Positions 9,978 through 18,835 are shown, counted from the stretch's first letter. The stretch: 46,817 nt of DNA from Actinomycetota bacterium (GCA_009699795.1 WLNK01000001.1:1-46817); one strand, 5' to 3'. Program-made: numbers and translations. The notes: generated from the sequence alone by a model not told the origin.

Positions 9978-11827
9978 TAGCGCTTCTTTACACTTGCTTG
10001 GGCAATTTCTGTCTTCTTATTATCTGATGGCTTTGATGGCACTTCAACTTTTTTCTGCGTGCGAAGCTGTGATGCGTTTAAGGCAACGGGTTCTAGCTTT
10101 GTTCCTGTCGGTGCCACATGCTCGGATTGGAGTACAAAAGTCATAACTTCTTTAAAGACCGGACCTCCGAGTGATCCGCCATAGTGAGCGCCTTTTGGAT
10201 CTTGAATAGTCACACTTATTACATATTTTGGTTTATCTGCAGGTGCAAACCCAATAAATGATGCGGTGTATCCGCTGTAACAGCCACATGATGGATCAAT
10301 GCGCATTGCAGTACCAGTCTTTCCTGCGACGCGATATCCCGGAATTGCAGCACTTGGCGCTGTTCCATTTGCAGATACGACGCCTTCCATCATCTTTCTC
10401 ATGGTTTCTGCTGTGCTCTGACTAATTACTCTTTCAGATTTTCCTAGATTTCTTGCAGTAAATTTTCCAGATGTATCAGTAGTGCCTGCAATAACCGTCG
10501 GTGTAACTCGTACGCCGTCATTTGCGATAGTTGCGAAAACGCTTGTCGCTTGCATTGCAGTCACTGAATATCCCTGACCGAATGCAACTGTTGGGGCTGT
10601 TGTTCCCGACCATTGGCTAACGGGGTGCAAAATTCCTCGAGATTCACCGGGTAGTCCAGAACCTGTATTTTGCCCAATCCCAAATTTTGATAAATAGCTA
10701 TACAAAGTGTTGTTACTTAGCAGCTCACCAATTTGAATAGTTCCGGTATTACTCGAAACAGCCAAGATTCCAGCAGATGTGAGTTGCTGTGTTGGGTGGT
10801 GCTCGTGATCGTGAAAAGTATCTCCACCACGTTTGATTTGATACGGAACCGAAAACACTGATTGCGCCGTGATCTTGTTTTCTTCCAGTGCTGCGGCAAG
10901 TGTCATAACTTTTCCTGTGGAACCAGGTTCGTAAACATCCTGAACTGATGGATTTCGCATTAAGTACTGAGAAACTTTCTTAGTATTGTTTGGATCGAAA
11001 GTTGGTGCGGTGGCATGAGCAAGAATTGCCCCGGTCTTTGGATCCATCACTATTACTGTTCCATTTGCCGCATGGGATTTTGATACGACGTCAGCAATTG
11101 CCTTTGAAGCAATCCACTGGATATCTCGATCAATAGTTAGCCGCACGGATGTTCCCTGTTTTGCGGCGATAATTTCACTTTGCGAACCAGGAATTTCTGC
11201 ACCAAGACCGCGAGCATATGAATATCGTCCGGCTGTTCCGGTAATCAAACTATTCATGCTTGATTCAATTCCTGATGCACCAACTCCATCTTCTCGAACG
11301 AAACCAATAAGTGAAGAAGTAAGTGAGCCTGATGGATATTCGCGGATATATCCACGCTCGGCAAAGAATCCAATAATTCGTTGATCAAAATGACGAGAAT
11401 CCAGCGTGCTGTTATATGAAGCTAGGGCATTAGTAAGTGAATCCCACATCGCAGGCTTTGCATTCTTATAAACCATCGAATATTTCTTAACGCCAGATAT
11501 TGCGCTCTGAACTTCTGCTACGGATAACCCGAGAATCGGAGCTACGAAATTTGCCACTCGTGGCGCATCTGTGATTTGAGTTTGATCGACAACAATATTT
11601 ATTGCGGAAACACTTCGAGCAAATGAAACTCCATTTATGTCAGTGATATCGCCACGGGGTGCTGGAATCGTTCGGGTTGATTCCATCTCATTTGCCGCAC
11701 GCACTTTATAAGAGTTGGCTTGAATTACCTGGATCTGTACAAGGCGCACAGCAAAGAAAAGAATAAAGACCAAGCAAAGAACAATGAGGAATTTGATTCG
11801 TTTGTGCGCAAGAAGCAAGCTACCCAT
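9977..11827 (-). CDS. ftsI: Septal class B penicillin-binding protein FtsI
   Basis: N-terminal TM, RGDITD, EPGSTGK (SxxK), SSN (SxN), KTG motifs. Confidence 0.96.
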   Translation of the reverse strand: MGSLLLAHKRIKFLIVLCLVFILFFAVRLVQIQVIQANSYKVRAANEMESTRTIPAPRGDITDINGVSFARSVSAINIVVDQTQITDAPRVANFVAPILGLSVAEVQSAISGVKKYSMVYKNAKPAMWDSLTNALASYNSTLDSRHFDQRIIGFFAERGYIREYPSGSLTSSLIGFVREDGVGASGIESSMNSLITGTAGRYSYARGLGAEIPGSQSEIIAAKQGTSVRLTIDRDIQWIASKAIADVVSKSHAANGTVIVMDPKTGAILAHATAPTFDPNNTKKVSQYLMRNPSVQDVYEPGSTGKVMTLAAALEENKITAQSVFSVPYQIKRGGDTFHDHEHHPTQQLTSAGILAVSSNTGTIQIGELLSNNTLYSYLSKFGIGQNTGSGLPGESRGILHPVSQWSGTTAPTVAFGQGYSVTAMQATSVFATIANDGVRVTPTVIAGTTDTSGKFTARNLGKSERVISQSTAETMRKMMEGVVSANGTAPSAAIPGYRVAGKTGTAMRIDPSCGCYSGYTASFIGFAPADKPKYVISVTIQDPKGAHYGGSLGGPVFKEVMTFVLQSEHVAPTGTKLEPVALNASQLRTQKKVEVPSKPSDNKKTEIAQASVKKR

Positions 11828-12242
11828 TTGTCACCGGACCTGGTGCAACTTCACTCGGTGCAAGGTTTAGAAACACTGGCGACTCAGAGTGTTTCATCCC
11901 GAGCTTTGAAGCAGCATCGGCAAGAGCTGCAGGAGAAGACAATGTATCCATCTCTCGTCCTATTGCTTCACGCTCATCCGCAACTGCCTTAGCTTCGGCC
12001 TTTAATCTTGAAAGGGTGAAAGCATCCTCGGCAAGCAAGATATTTACTGTGAGCAGAACCAAGAAGCCGAGTGCAGCAATAAGTGATAAAAACTTCGCAA
12101 AGAACTTGTGCGTTGCTCGAGTTGTTCCAGAAACTTCCGGAACTAACTTTAAAATTACTTCCGCAGATTTCTCCGCAACTATTGCACGAGATCGCGCAAT
12201 AACAGGCTGACGCGATTGTCTTAGAGCTGATGTAAGGGCCAC
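11820..12242 (-). CDS. ftsL: FtsL-like cell division protein
   Basis: Single TM followed by a coiled coil and AASKLGM; sits between rsmH and ftsI. Confidence 0.75.
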   Translation of the reverse strand: MALTSALRQSRQPVIARSRAIVAEKSAEVILKLVPEVSGTTRATHKFFAKFLSLIAALGFLVLLTVNILLAEDAFTLSRLKAEAKAVADEREAIGREMDTLSSPAALADAASKLGMKHSESPVFLNLAPSEVAPGPVTNG

Positions 12243-13198
12243 TATGAAGCCACCCTCTCTATCGCTCGAAGACGCACTGATGCAGATCTTGGATTTGCTT
12301 GAAGTTCCTCGGAACTTGGGGTTTCACTCGACTTAACAACAAGTGCGAATTTCGGAGCAAACTCAGGCAGATCTATTGGCAAATTTCGAGGACTCTTAGA
12401 AGTGCTGACCTCTACAAAAAGTTCTTTAACAATTCGGTCTTCCAGTGATTGGAATGAAAGAACAACGAGCCGTCCACCGATTTCAAGAAGCTCTAAGGCG
12501 ATAGGAAGCGCACGTGTTATCGCGCCCAGCTCATCATTGGCTTCAATACGAAGCGCCTGGAAAGTTCGTTTAGCCGGATTTCCACCAGTGCGCCTTGTTG
12601 CTGCAGGAATTGAATCTTTTACAAGAGTTGCCAGCTGGGTTGTTGAATTCAGCGGGGCAATTTCACGTGCTTTCACAATATTTTCAACGATGCGGGTAGC
12701 AAATTTTTCCTCGCCATACGCGCGCAAAATTTGTACAAGCTTCCCCGGAGCGTATGTATTCAAAATTTCAGATGCTGTAATTCCACGGCTTCGATCCATG
12801 CGCATATCAAGAGGTGCATCTTTTGAATAAGAAAATCCACGATCGCTTTCGTCGAGTTGAATTGAAGAAACACCTAAATCAAAGAGAGCTCCAGTAATTT
12901 TTTGATACCCATGGGAGTGCACTACCGCTTCTATGTCATCGAAGACTGCGTGGGAAGTTTTAAATCTTTCGCCAAAAGTGGCAAGTCGCTTGGATGCTCG
13001 ATCAAGGGCAACTTCATCTCGATCAATTCCAATGACTGTGAGTTGGGGGAATTTATTTAATAGCGCTTCTGTATGTCCGCCAAGACCCAGAGTGGCATCA
13101 ACGACAACAGGTTTTTCATTTCGCAAAAGCGCCGCATCAATGGAAGGTGAAAGAAGGTCGACGCAGCGATTAAGCATTACTGAAATATGTTGCTGCAT
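12242..13198 (-). CDS. rsmH: 16S rRNA m4C1402 methyltransferase RsmH (MraW)
   Basis: HISVML, DATLGLGGH, DLGVSSIQLD, RTFQALRI, NPRSASVRLR; start placed at ATG 13198 behind GGGGGAGAGG. Confidence 0.97.
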   Translation of the reverse strand: MQQHISVMLNRCVDLLSPSIDAALLRNEKPVVVDATLGLGGHTEALLNKFPQLTVIGIDRDEVALDRASKRLATFGERFKTSHAVFDDIEAVVHSHGYQKITGALFDLGVSSIQLDESDRGFSYSKDAPLDMRMDRSRGITASEILNTYAPGKLVQILRAYGEEKFATRIVENIVKAREIAPLNSTTQLATLVKDSIPAATRRTGGNPAKRTFQALRIEANDELGAITRALPIALELLEIGGRLVVLSFQSLEDRIVKELFVEVSTSKSPRNLPIDLPEFAPKFALVVKSSETPSSEELQANPRSASVRLRAIERVAS

Positions 13199-13251
13199 CC
13201 TCTCCCCCAATCTTTCGATTAACTTTCTTTCGCGGATATGAATTACCTCTG

Positions 13252-13352
13252 CTCTCATCTCTGGTCACCGCCGGCCGACGGATCTCTCGAAAGCGACGCC
13301 GGGGAAGGGGCGTCGCTGTCGGCTTGAGGTCGACGGTGGCCACAGATGAGAG
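13252..13352 (-). ncRNA. mraW RNA motif (actinobacterial cis-regulatory hairpin)
   Basis: Long GC-rich hairpin between mraZ and rsmH: outer stem CUCUCAUCU/AGAUGAGAG, apical stem AGCGACGCC/GGCGUCGCU closing a CCUUCCCC loop, as described for this motif. Confidence 0.85.
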
Positions 13353-13396
13353 GCCGTTCTATTTAGTTGTTATTAAGTTGTTTTCTTAAATACTTT

Positions 13397-13828
13397 TTAG
13401 AAGAGTCCTGGGAATACCTCTTCTGAAACCTCAGCAAAGCCTTTTTCGCGATCTGCCAAATATTTATTCCAAGATGTGCTATCCCAAATTTCAACGCGAG
13501 TATTCGCGCCAATAACGACGCACTCTTTTTCAAGACCTGCATATGTGCGAAGTCCTTGAGGAATAGTTACGCGGCCTTGGCGATCCGGAATTTCATCGTG
13601 TGCGCCGGCAAACATCACGCGCATGTAATCGCGCGCGGATTTTGCAGTCACAGGGGCTTGTCGAAGTTGCTCAGTAATTGTCGAAAATTCGGCAGATGGA
13701 AATACATACAGGCATCGCTCTTGGCCCTTGGTAATTACTAGGCCAGCAGAGAGCTCGTCGCGAAATTTCGCGGGAAGAATGAGGCGGCCTTTTTCATCAA
13801 GGCGTGGCTCGTGGGTGCCGAGAAACAT
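13397..13828 (-). CDS. mraZ: Division/cell wall cluster repressor MraZ
   Basis: [15 protein letters not shown] and DRQGR repeats, [11 protein letters not shown]; 143 aa from ATG 13828. Confidence 0.98.
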   Translation of the reverse strand: MFLGTHEPRLDEKGRLILPAKFRDELSAGLVITKGQERCLYVFPSAEFSTITEQLRQAPVTAKSARDYMRVMFAGAHDEIPDRQGRVTIPQGLRTYAGLEKECVVIGANTRVEIWDSTSWNKYLADREKGFAEVSEEVFPGLF

Positions 13829-13880
13829 TTTCTGGCCCCCTTCCCCAGGTTTCAGCGAACGGTGAAGCCCGTTCAATCCC

Positions 13881-13955
13881 CCACTTTACTCCACTTTCCC
13901 CCTTTTTCAACCACCTTTCGCCACTATTTACCCTTTCCTCCCCACCGCCCTCCAC
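13881..13955 (-). promoter_or_regulatory. MraZ-binding repeat array (GTGG-N6)
   Basis: Plus-strand CCAC at 13881, 13891, 13911, 13921, 13942, 13952, with degenerate CCTT/CCCT at 13901 and 13931; ~10-bp period directly upstream of mraZ. Confidence 0.85.
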
Positions 13956-13989
13956 GGCTTCGAAGTGGGCCTACTCTCTGGAAAAAGGC

Positions 13990-14015
13990 AAAAAAATAGA
14001 CCCCCGAAGGAGTCT
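13990..14015 (-). terminator. Intrinsic terminator after the DUF3040 gene
   Basis: Minus strand AGACTCC-TTCG-GGGGTCT-ATTTTTTT. Confidence 0.8.
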
Positions 14016-14064
14016 TGTTCTGGGCGCTCAGCTTGCGAGCGCGAATCTGCCTTTAATCAGTTAT

Positions 14065-14415
14065 TCACCCTTGATTGCGCTGATCCCAACGATTTTCCAT
14101 GCGGGCTGAAAATCCGCCCTTGGACTTGCCGGGCTTACTTGTCTTTGTTGCGCCAGGTGCGCCGATAGCGCGAATTGCGATGATCAATCCGGTGAGTGCG
14201 AGCACGAATCCAGCCACCCCAACAACAGTGGCCTTTGCGATAAGTCCTGCGAAGAGTACTGCCAGTCCAAGAAAGACTAAAAGTAGGCCACGAAGAATTG
14301 ATCCGCCCACCAGACGAGGTGAACCTGAAAGTGCAGAAACTAGGCGTGGGTCATCGGCTACGAGAGCTTCTTCCATCTCGGCTAGTAGGCGCTTTTCGCG
14401 ATCTGATAATGGCAC
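14065..14415 (-). CDS. DUF3040 family membrane protein
   Basis: (M)PLSDREKRLLAEMEEALVADDP plus two TM helices; usual neighbour of actinobacterial mraZ; GTG start at 14415. Confidence 0.88.
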   Translation of the reverse strand: MPLSDREKRLLAEMEEALVADDPRLVSALSGSPRLVGGSILRGLLLVFLGLAVLFAGLIAKATVVGVAGFVLALTGLIIAIRAIGAPGATKTSKPGKSKGGFSARMENRWDQRNQG

Positions 14416-14462
14416 GTGCTCACAATAGAACAACTTTTTCTTGGGTGCTAGTCGGGCCAGTA

Positions 14463-15638
14463 CTAATCAGGTTTGATCAGGCGCCCTGGCCGAACGCTCG
14501 TGCCGCCAAATCGGGCCTTTGCCTTATCGATCGCCCCCTCGGCCTCTCTCCAACCATGCTCTCGTCCACCTAATACAAGCTGTTCTGGTGGTTGCTCTTG
14601 GAGATTTTCAAAACTCACCGCAACCATTCGAATAAATGCGCGGTTAATGCCAAGTGCGTTGTAGAGAGCCTTCACGATTTCATAACTTTCGTGCGTGCCA
14701 TTAATGGCAAGTGGCACCGTTTTGGAACGAGTGATTGTAGAGAAATCTGCGAATCGCACTTTAATTCCGAGCGTCCTGGCAAAGAGTTTGCGCTCGCGAA
14801 GTCGTGCAGATGCTTTCTCTGTCATCCGTAGCAACTCCTGCAATATCTCTTCTGGATCCGATAAATCGTAAGAAAAAGTTTCCGCGTTACTTATGCTTTT
14901 ATCTGGCTCATCTACAACAACATCTCGGTAATCGCGCCCCCACGAGAGTTCATACAGTGATGAACCAGCGGCCTCTCCCAGCGCCCGGACCAGTGTAGAA
15001 CGCTTGGTATTTGCAATATCTGCCACTGTTTTTAATCCGAGGCGCTCAAGTGATTCTGCTGTTTTGGGGCCGACTCCCCAAATCGCTGAAACAGGAAGTG
15101 GGTGTAAAAATTCCAAAATTCGATCTTCTGTAATTTCAAGTAGCCCATTTGGTTTGCAGTGTTGAGATGCGAGTTTTGCAATGAATTTTGATGGAGCAAT
15201 TCCAACCGAACAAGTAATGCCTTCTTGATCTTCAACTAGCTTTCTAATTTCTACCGCGATCTCTCGCCCTGTGCCCTTTAATTTTCTGGCCCCTGTCACA
15301 TCTAAGAAAGCTTCATCAAGTGAGAGAGGTTCGACAAGTGGAGTAAAGGAGTTAAAAATCTCCATCACTCGCTCTGAGATTTGCGAGTAGCGATGATGCT
15401 CTGGAGCTACAAAGATTGCGTGAGGTGCCATTCGTTGGGCGCGGCCCACCGGCATCGCAGCCCTAATTCCAAATTTGCGCGCTTCGTAATTAGCTGAGAG
15501 AACTACTCCGCGGATTCCCGCACCAACCACGAGTGCTTTCCCGCGAAGTTCTGGATGATCACGTTCGGCAACGGAGGCATAAAAGGCATCCATATCTACA
15601 TGCAGGATCGTCGATGCAAGCGCGCTTTCTTCGCTCAT
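14463..15638 (-). CDS. dinB: DNA polymerase IV (Y family)
   Basis: HVDMDAFYASV, SANYEAR, SLDEAFLD, KFIAKLAS, WGVG motifs. Confidence 0.97.
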   Translation of the reverse strand: MSEESALASTILHVDMDAFYASVAERDHPELRGKALVVGAGIRGVVLSANYEARKFGIRAAMPVGRAQRMAPHAIFVAPEHHRYSQISERVMEIFNSFTPLVEPLSLDEAFLDVTGARKLKGTGREIAVEIRKLVEDQEGITCSVGIAPSKFIAKLASQHCKPNGLLEITEDRILEFLHPLPVSAIWGVGPKTAESLERLGLKTVADIANTKRSTLVRALGEAAGSSLYELSWGRDYRDVVVDEPDKSISNAETFSYDLSDPEEILQELLRMTEKASARLRERKLFARTLGIKVRFADFSTITRSKTVPLAINGTHESYEIVKALYNALGINRAFIRMVAVSFENLQEQPPEQLVLGGREHGWREAEGAIDKAKARFGGTSVRPGRLIKPD

Positions 15639-15654
15639 AAATCCACGCTACCTC

Positions 15655-15670
15655 TCGAACATATGTTCGA
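15655..15670. promoter_or_regulatory. LexA (SOS) box upstream of dinB
   Basis: Perfect palindrome TCGAACATATGTTCGA, matching the actinobacterial TCGAAC-N4-GTTCGA; 4 bp upstream of the TAGCGT -10 candidate. Confidence 0.92.
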
Positions 15671-15716
15671 AAAATACAGGAAAACCTCGATGATTTCAAG
15701 CGTGTCGAAAGGGGCA

Positions 15717-15750
15717 AGTAATTGAAATTTCAACTACTTTCATTTACTCT
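15717..15750 (+). promoter_or_regulatory. doxX promoter with overlapping palindromic operator
   Basis: TTGAAA(15722)-N17-TACTCT(15745); palindrome AGTA-A-TTGAAATTTCAA-C-TACT (15717-15738) covers the -35. Confidence 0.7.
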
Positions 15751-15793
15751 TCTTTATGTTCGTAACATTCACACAAGTACAAACAGGAGAAAA

Positions 15794-16222
15794 ATGAACG
15801 CAGTTCTAGTTATCGGTCGCGTGCTTTTCGCAGCACTCTTCATCATGTCAGGCATTGGGCACTTCAAATCACTCGAAGCAATGACAGGTTATGCAAAGTA
15901 CAAGAAGCTCCCTGCAGCAAAGCTCGGCGTGATCGGTAGTGGTCTCTTCTTCCTTCTCGGAGGTATCTACATCCTTCTCGGTGTTTGGGTAGATCTTGGC
16001 GCGCTTTTGATCGCTGTAACTGTAATTCTTGCAGCGCTTATTTTCCACCAGTACTGGAAAGAAACTGATGCCAACACAAAGATGCAGGAAACAATTGCAT
16101 TTAATAAAGACCTAGCTCTTGGCGGTGCAGCTTTGATTATTCTCGCACTCGTTGCGGGCGGAGTTATCACAGGTGCCGAGTTTGGACCTCACGTTGGAAA
16201 TATCTCATTCTTCAATAAGTAA
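15794..16222 (+). CDS. DoxX family membrane protein
   Basis: GRVLFAALFIMSGIGHF, FHQYW, FNKDLALGG pattern; AGGAG RBS before ATG 15794. Confidence 0.9.
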   Translation: MNAVLVIGRVLFAALFIMSGIGHFKSLEAMTGYAKYKKLPAAKLGVIGSGLFFLLGGIYILLGVWVDLGALLIAVTVILAALIFHQYWKETDANTKMQETIAFNKDLALGGAALIILALVAGGVITGAEFGPHVGNISFFNK

Positions 16223-16234
16223 TTCTTCTTACAC

Positions 16235-16263
16235 AAAAGCCCCCGGTTAATCCGGGGGCTTTT
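16235..16263 (+). terminator. Intrinsic terminator after doxX (potentially bidirectional)
   Basis: AAAAGCCCCCGG-TTAAT-CCGGGGGCTTTT. Confidence 0.88.
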
Positions 16264-16288
16264 GCATTTCTTCTGCGACTATTTCGCC

Positions 16289-17032
16289 ATGGAAATACTT
16301 GCAGGATTGCTCGCAGGGGCTTTCATCGGAGCAGTCCTGGGTTTCATTGGGGCAGGTGGAGCAATGCTCGCTGTTCCGATTTTAATGTACGGCTTTGGAC
16401 TCAAACCTGTGCACGCCACAACAGCCGCTCTTGCAATCGTATTTGCTGCAGCTCTTTCGGGTGCTTATCCAAAAGCTCGATCCAAATCAATTCTTTATAA
16501 AGAAGTATTCGTAATTTGGGGTCTTGGCCTAGTAACTAATGTCGGCGCGTCTCTATTGGCGCACATCCCTTCGCCTTCAGTAATCACAACAGGTTTTGCT
16601 GTTGTTTTGATTACCGCGGCTACGTCGATGGTGATTAAGCCAATAGAGCGATCTCATACACGAATCTCTAACTCAAAATTGATTCTGCTATCCCTTGCCA
16701 TTGGATGCATAACTGGTTTTTTTGGAATTGGAGGGGGATTTATAATTCTTCCAGTTCTTGTTCTAGCCTTCGGGACTCCCGTAGCCACGGCTGCCGGCAC
16801 ATCTCTTGCGGTAATTGCAATCAACTCGTTTACCGCCTTCCTTGGCCACTTTCGCCAATGGGGTGAAATAAATTGGACACTTCCCTTGGTAATTTCTCTC
16901 GCGGCTGTAGTTGTTGCCGGGGTGACTTCAAGAATTCATTCAAAGATTGATTCGCTCGTGCTCAAGATATCCTTCGCTGGACTTTTATACTGCGTTGCAA
17001 TTTTCACGATTCTAAAGACTTGGGTCATGTAG
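16289..17032 (+). CDS. Sulfite exporter TauE/SafE family protein
   Basis: Duplicated GxxGxGGG/A motif (LGFIGAGGA; GFFGIGGG), AAGTSL, about 8 TM helices. Confidence 0.9.
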   Translation: MEILAGLLAGAFIGAVLGFIGAGGAMLAVPILMYGFGLKPVHATTAALAIVFAAALSGAYPKARSKSILYKEVFVIWGLGLVTNVGASLLAHIPSPSVITTGFAVVLITAATSMVIKPIERSHTRISNSKLILLSLAIGCITGFFGIGGGFIILPVLVLAFGTPVATAAGTSLAVIAINSFTAFLGHFRQWGEINWTLPLVISLAAVVVAGVTSRIHSKIDSLVLKISFAGLLYCVAIFTILKTWVM

Positions 17033-17041
17033 TTTTTGCCT

Positions 17042-17527
17042 ATGGACGGAGTTCTAGAGAAAGCCGCTGTTAAACGAGTGCAAGAGGCGCTGACCCATCA
17101 CAGCCTTTCTGGCCAAATCAAAGTTCTATCCGATAGCGCCAGAACAGCCCAAGATGCAGCAAGCGCGCTCGGAATTGAAGTTGGGCAAATTGCTTCTTCG
17201 CTCATCTTTAAATTCGACGACGAATCGCCATTGCTTGTCATTACAAGCGGTAGACATCGAGTAAATACGGATCTAGTTGCAAAAAATTTAGGCGTGGAAA
17301 AACTTGGTCGAGTCGATGCTGATTACGTCAAAGAAAAATCAGGATTTTCAATTGGGGGCGTTGCACCCATTGGTTGGTTATCTCCGGCAACGATACTTAT
17401 CGATCAAGCGCTTAGTGATTACGACGTTGTGTGGGCAGCTGCCGGCCATCCACACGCGGTATACCCGACAACCTATGCAGAGCTAATCGCCTGCACTGAC
17501 GCTAAACCAATGGTTGTTGGAGATTAA
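17042..17527 (+). CDS. YbaK/EbsC aminoacyl-tRNA deacylase family protein
   Basis: RTAQDAA, QIASSL, GFSIGGVAPIG, WAAAGHP motifs. Confidence 0.92.
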   Translation: MDGVLEKAAVKRVQEALTHHSLSGQIKVLSDSARTAQDAASALGIEVGQIASSLIFKFDDESPLLVITSGRHRVNTDLVAKNLGVEKLGRVDADYVKEKSGFSIGGVAPIGWLSPATILIDQALSDYDVVWAAAGHPHAVYPTTYAELIACTDAKPMVVGD

Positions 17528-17539
17528 TTCTGGTCTGAT

Positions 17540-18127
17540 TTAAATCTTGAAAGAAGGATATTCATCTGTGACAAGCAAGATTGCGTATCCATAAACACGG
17601 TTCCAATATTGAATGGTCCCAAGTACCGGCTCTGCTGCCCATTTTGGATAAGCACCGGATGTAAAAGTCACAACCCACGCAACAACGCTCACTGCAAGTG
17701 CTGCCAATGAATAAATAATTCCTACAATGTAAAGTGGAATCGCTAAGAACCATTTAACAAGTGGCAGGCCTCGGTTGAGAGCCGCTCCCCCATTAACTTC
17801 AGGGAAAGTAACGCTTACCTTTGAATTTGCCTCAATCGATGGGTACTCGTCATTGAGTAATAACAAATAGGCCACTACTCGTGTTTCAAGTTCAATGAAT
17901 GCTTTGTTAAATCCAAGAACATAACTTGGATAAATACCTCTAAAGAGCAGCGAGAGCGCCGCTGGCAGAACAAGAATTCCAGTAGAGCCCCAACCCATGC
18001 CCGACATTTGCGAAAAAGAAGCAAGAAAAATAGCTGCCGGAACTACCAAGATTCCTCTCCAAAATACTGTGGCCTTATTTCGGTTTAGTAAGTCAACGGC
18101 TATAACTGTCTTTATTTGTTTGCTCAT
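17540..18127 (-). CDS. DUF4389 domain membrane protein
   Basis: Two internal repeats ending LLxDEYP (LLNDEYPS, LVTDEYPSF); NRGLPLVKWFLAIP. Confidence 0.85.
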   Translation of the reverse strand: MSKQIKTVIAVDLLNRNKATVFWRGILVVPAAIFLASFSQMSGMGWGSTGILVLPAALSLLFRGIYPSYVLGFNKAFIELETRVVAYLLLLNDEYPSIEANSKVSVTFPEVNGGAALNRGLPLVKWFLAIPLYIVGIIYSLAALAVSVVAWVVTFTSGAYPKWAAEPVLGTIQYWNRVYGYAILLVTDEYPSFKI

Positions 18128-18142
18128 AGTTAAACTCTACTC
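18128..18142. promoter_or_regulatory. Bidirectional leaderless promoter (DUF4389 / crtA)
   Basis: The 15-bp gap holds TAAACT-N6-ATG on + and TAGAGT-N6-ATG on -. Confidence 0.65.
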
Positions 18143-18835
18143 ATGAATGAAGCCGTGAGTAGCAAAATCGTAACCGTGGCTTACTTCTGGAGAATTTCAA
18201 AGTCAAGTATTCCCTTTGCCCTTTTGCGCATGGCCCTTGATCGAGGTGGACTCCGCAGAACTAAAGGTGTTCTTTTTGCAAAAATGCTTGGCACGGGAAA
18301 CGGTGAAACATTTACTCCAAAAGATGCCGACTCCACTCGGTGGGGTGCAATCATCACAATTGAAGAAAATCAGTTAACGGCTCTTGATTCATCAAGAATT
18401 ATTACTAGATGGCGCAATAAATCTCAATCAGAATTTAGAGCACTTCTTGACCCTATTGCTTCACATGGCCATTGGTCTAAAGAAAATCCATTTTCTTATT
18501 CGACTACATCGGCTAATGGCGCAGTCATAGCTATAACTCGTGCCCGCATCGCAACTTTAAAAAATGCAATATTTTGGAGCGCGGTACCACCTGTAACTAA
18601 GAGTCTTCATAATTCACCCGGTCTAATAGCAGCTATTGGGATTGGTGAGGCGCCGCTTGGGTTGCAGGGCACTTTTTCTTACTGGAAGAGCGCTAAAGAT
18701 CTCAAAGAATTTGCATATAAAAGCAGCGCTCACCAAGAAGTTATTGCAGCCACCGCACGCAATAAGTGGTACCGAGAAGAGTTATTCGCACGTTTTTCCG
18801 TTCGAGAAGTGCGCGGTGAGATTTCAAGTAAGTAG
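18143..18835 (+). CDS. crtA: Spheroidene monooxygenase CrtA-like carotenoid C-2 oxygenase/hydroxylase
   Basis: FAKMLGTG, HGHW, AITRARI, GIGEAPLGLQGTFSYW, FAY...H, WYREELFARF; head of the carotenoid-modifying operon. Confidence 0.85.
   Translation: MNEAVSSKIVTVAYFWRISKSSIPFALLRMALDRGGLRRTKGVLFAKMLGTGNGETFTPKDADSTRWGAIITIEENQLTALDSSRIITRWRNKSQSEFRALLDPIASHGHWSKENPFSYSTTSANGAVIAITRARIATLKNAIFWSAVPPVTKSLHNSPGLIAAIGIGEAPLGLQGTFSYWKSAKDLKEFAYKSSAHQEVIAATARNKWYREELFARFSVREVRGEISSK

Noticed and set aside
13199-13258. Longer upstream starts in the ORF track for rsmH (likewise mraZ, doxX, tauE, ltaE, ogt)
   Set aside because: The extensions run through RNA structures, promoters or terminators; downstream starts match family N-termini or SD/-10 signals.
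13252-13352. Long inverted repeat considered as a MITE or REP element
   Set aside because: Single copy in the window, no evident target-site duplication; position and loop match the mraW RNA motif.
13881-13955. Periodic repeat considered as CRISPR or iteron array
   Set aside because: Units are 4-bp boxes at 10-bp spacing upstream of mraZ; no spacers, cas or rep genes.
15699-15726. GCGTGTCG / TGTCG-N-TA element as a WhiA or PafBC site
   Set aside because: Short match; the PafBC-style spacing lacks the final conserved T, so support is insufficient.
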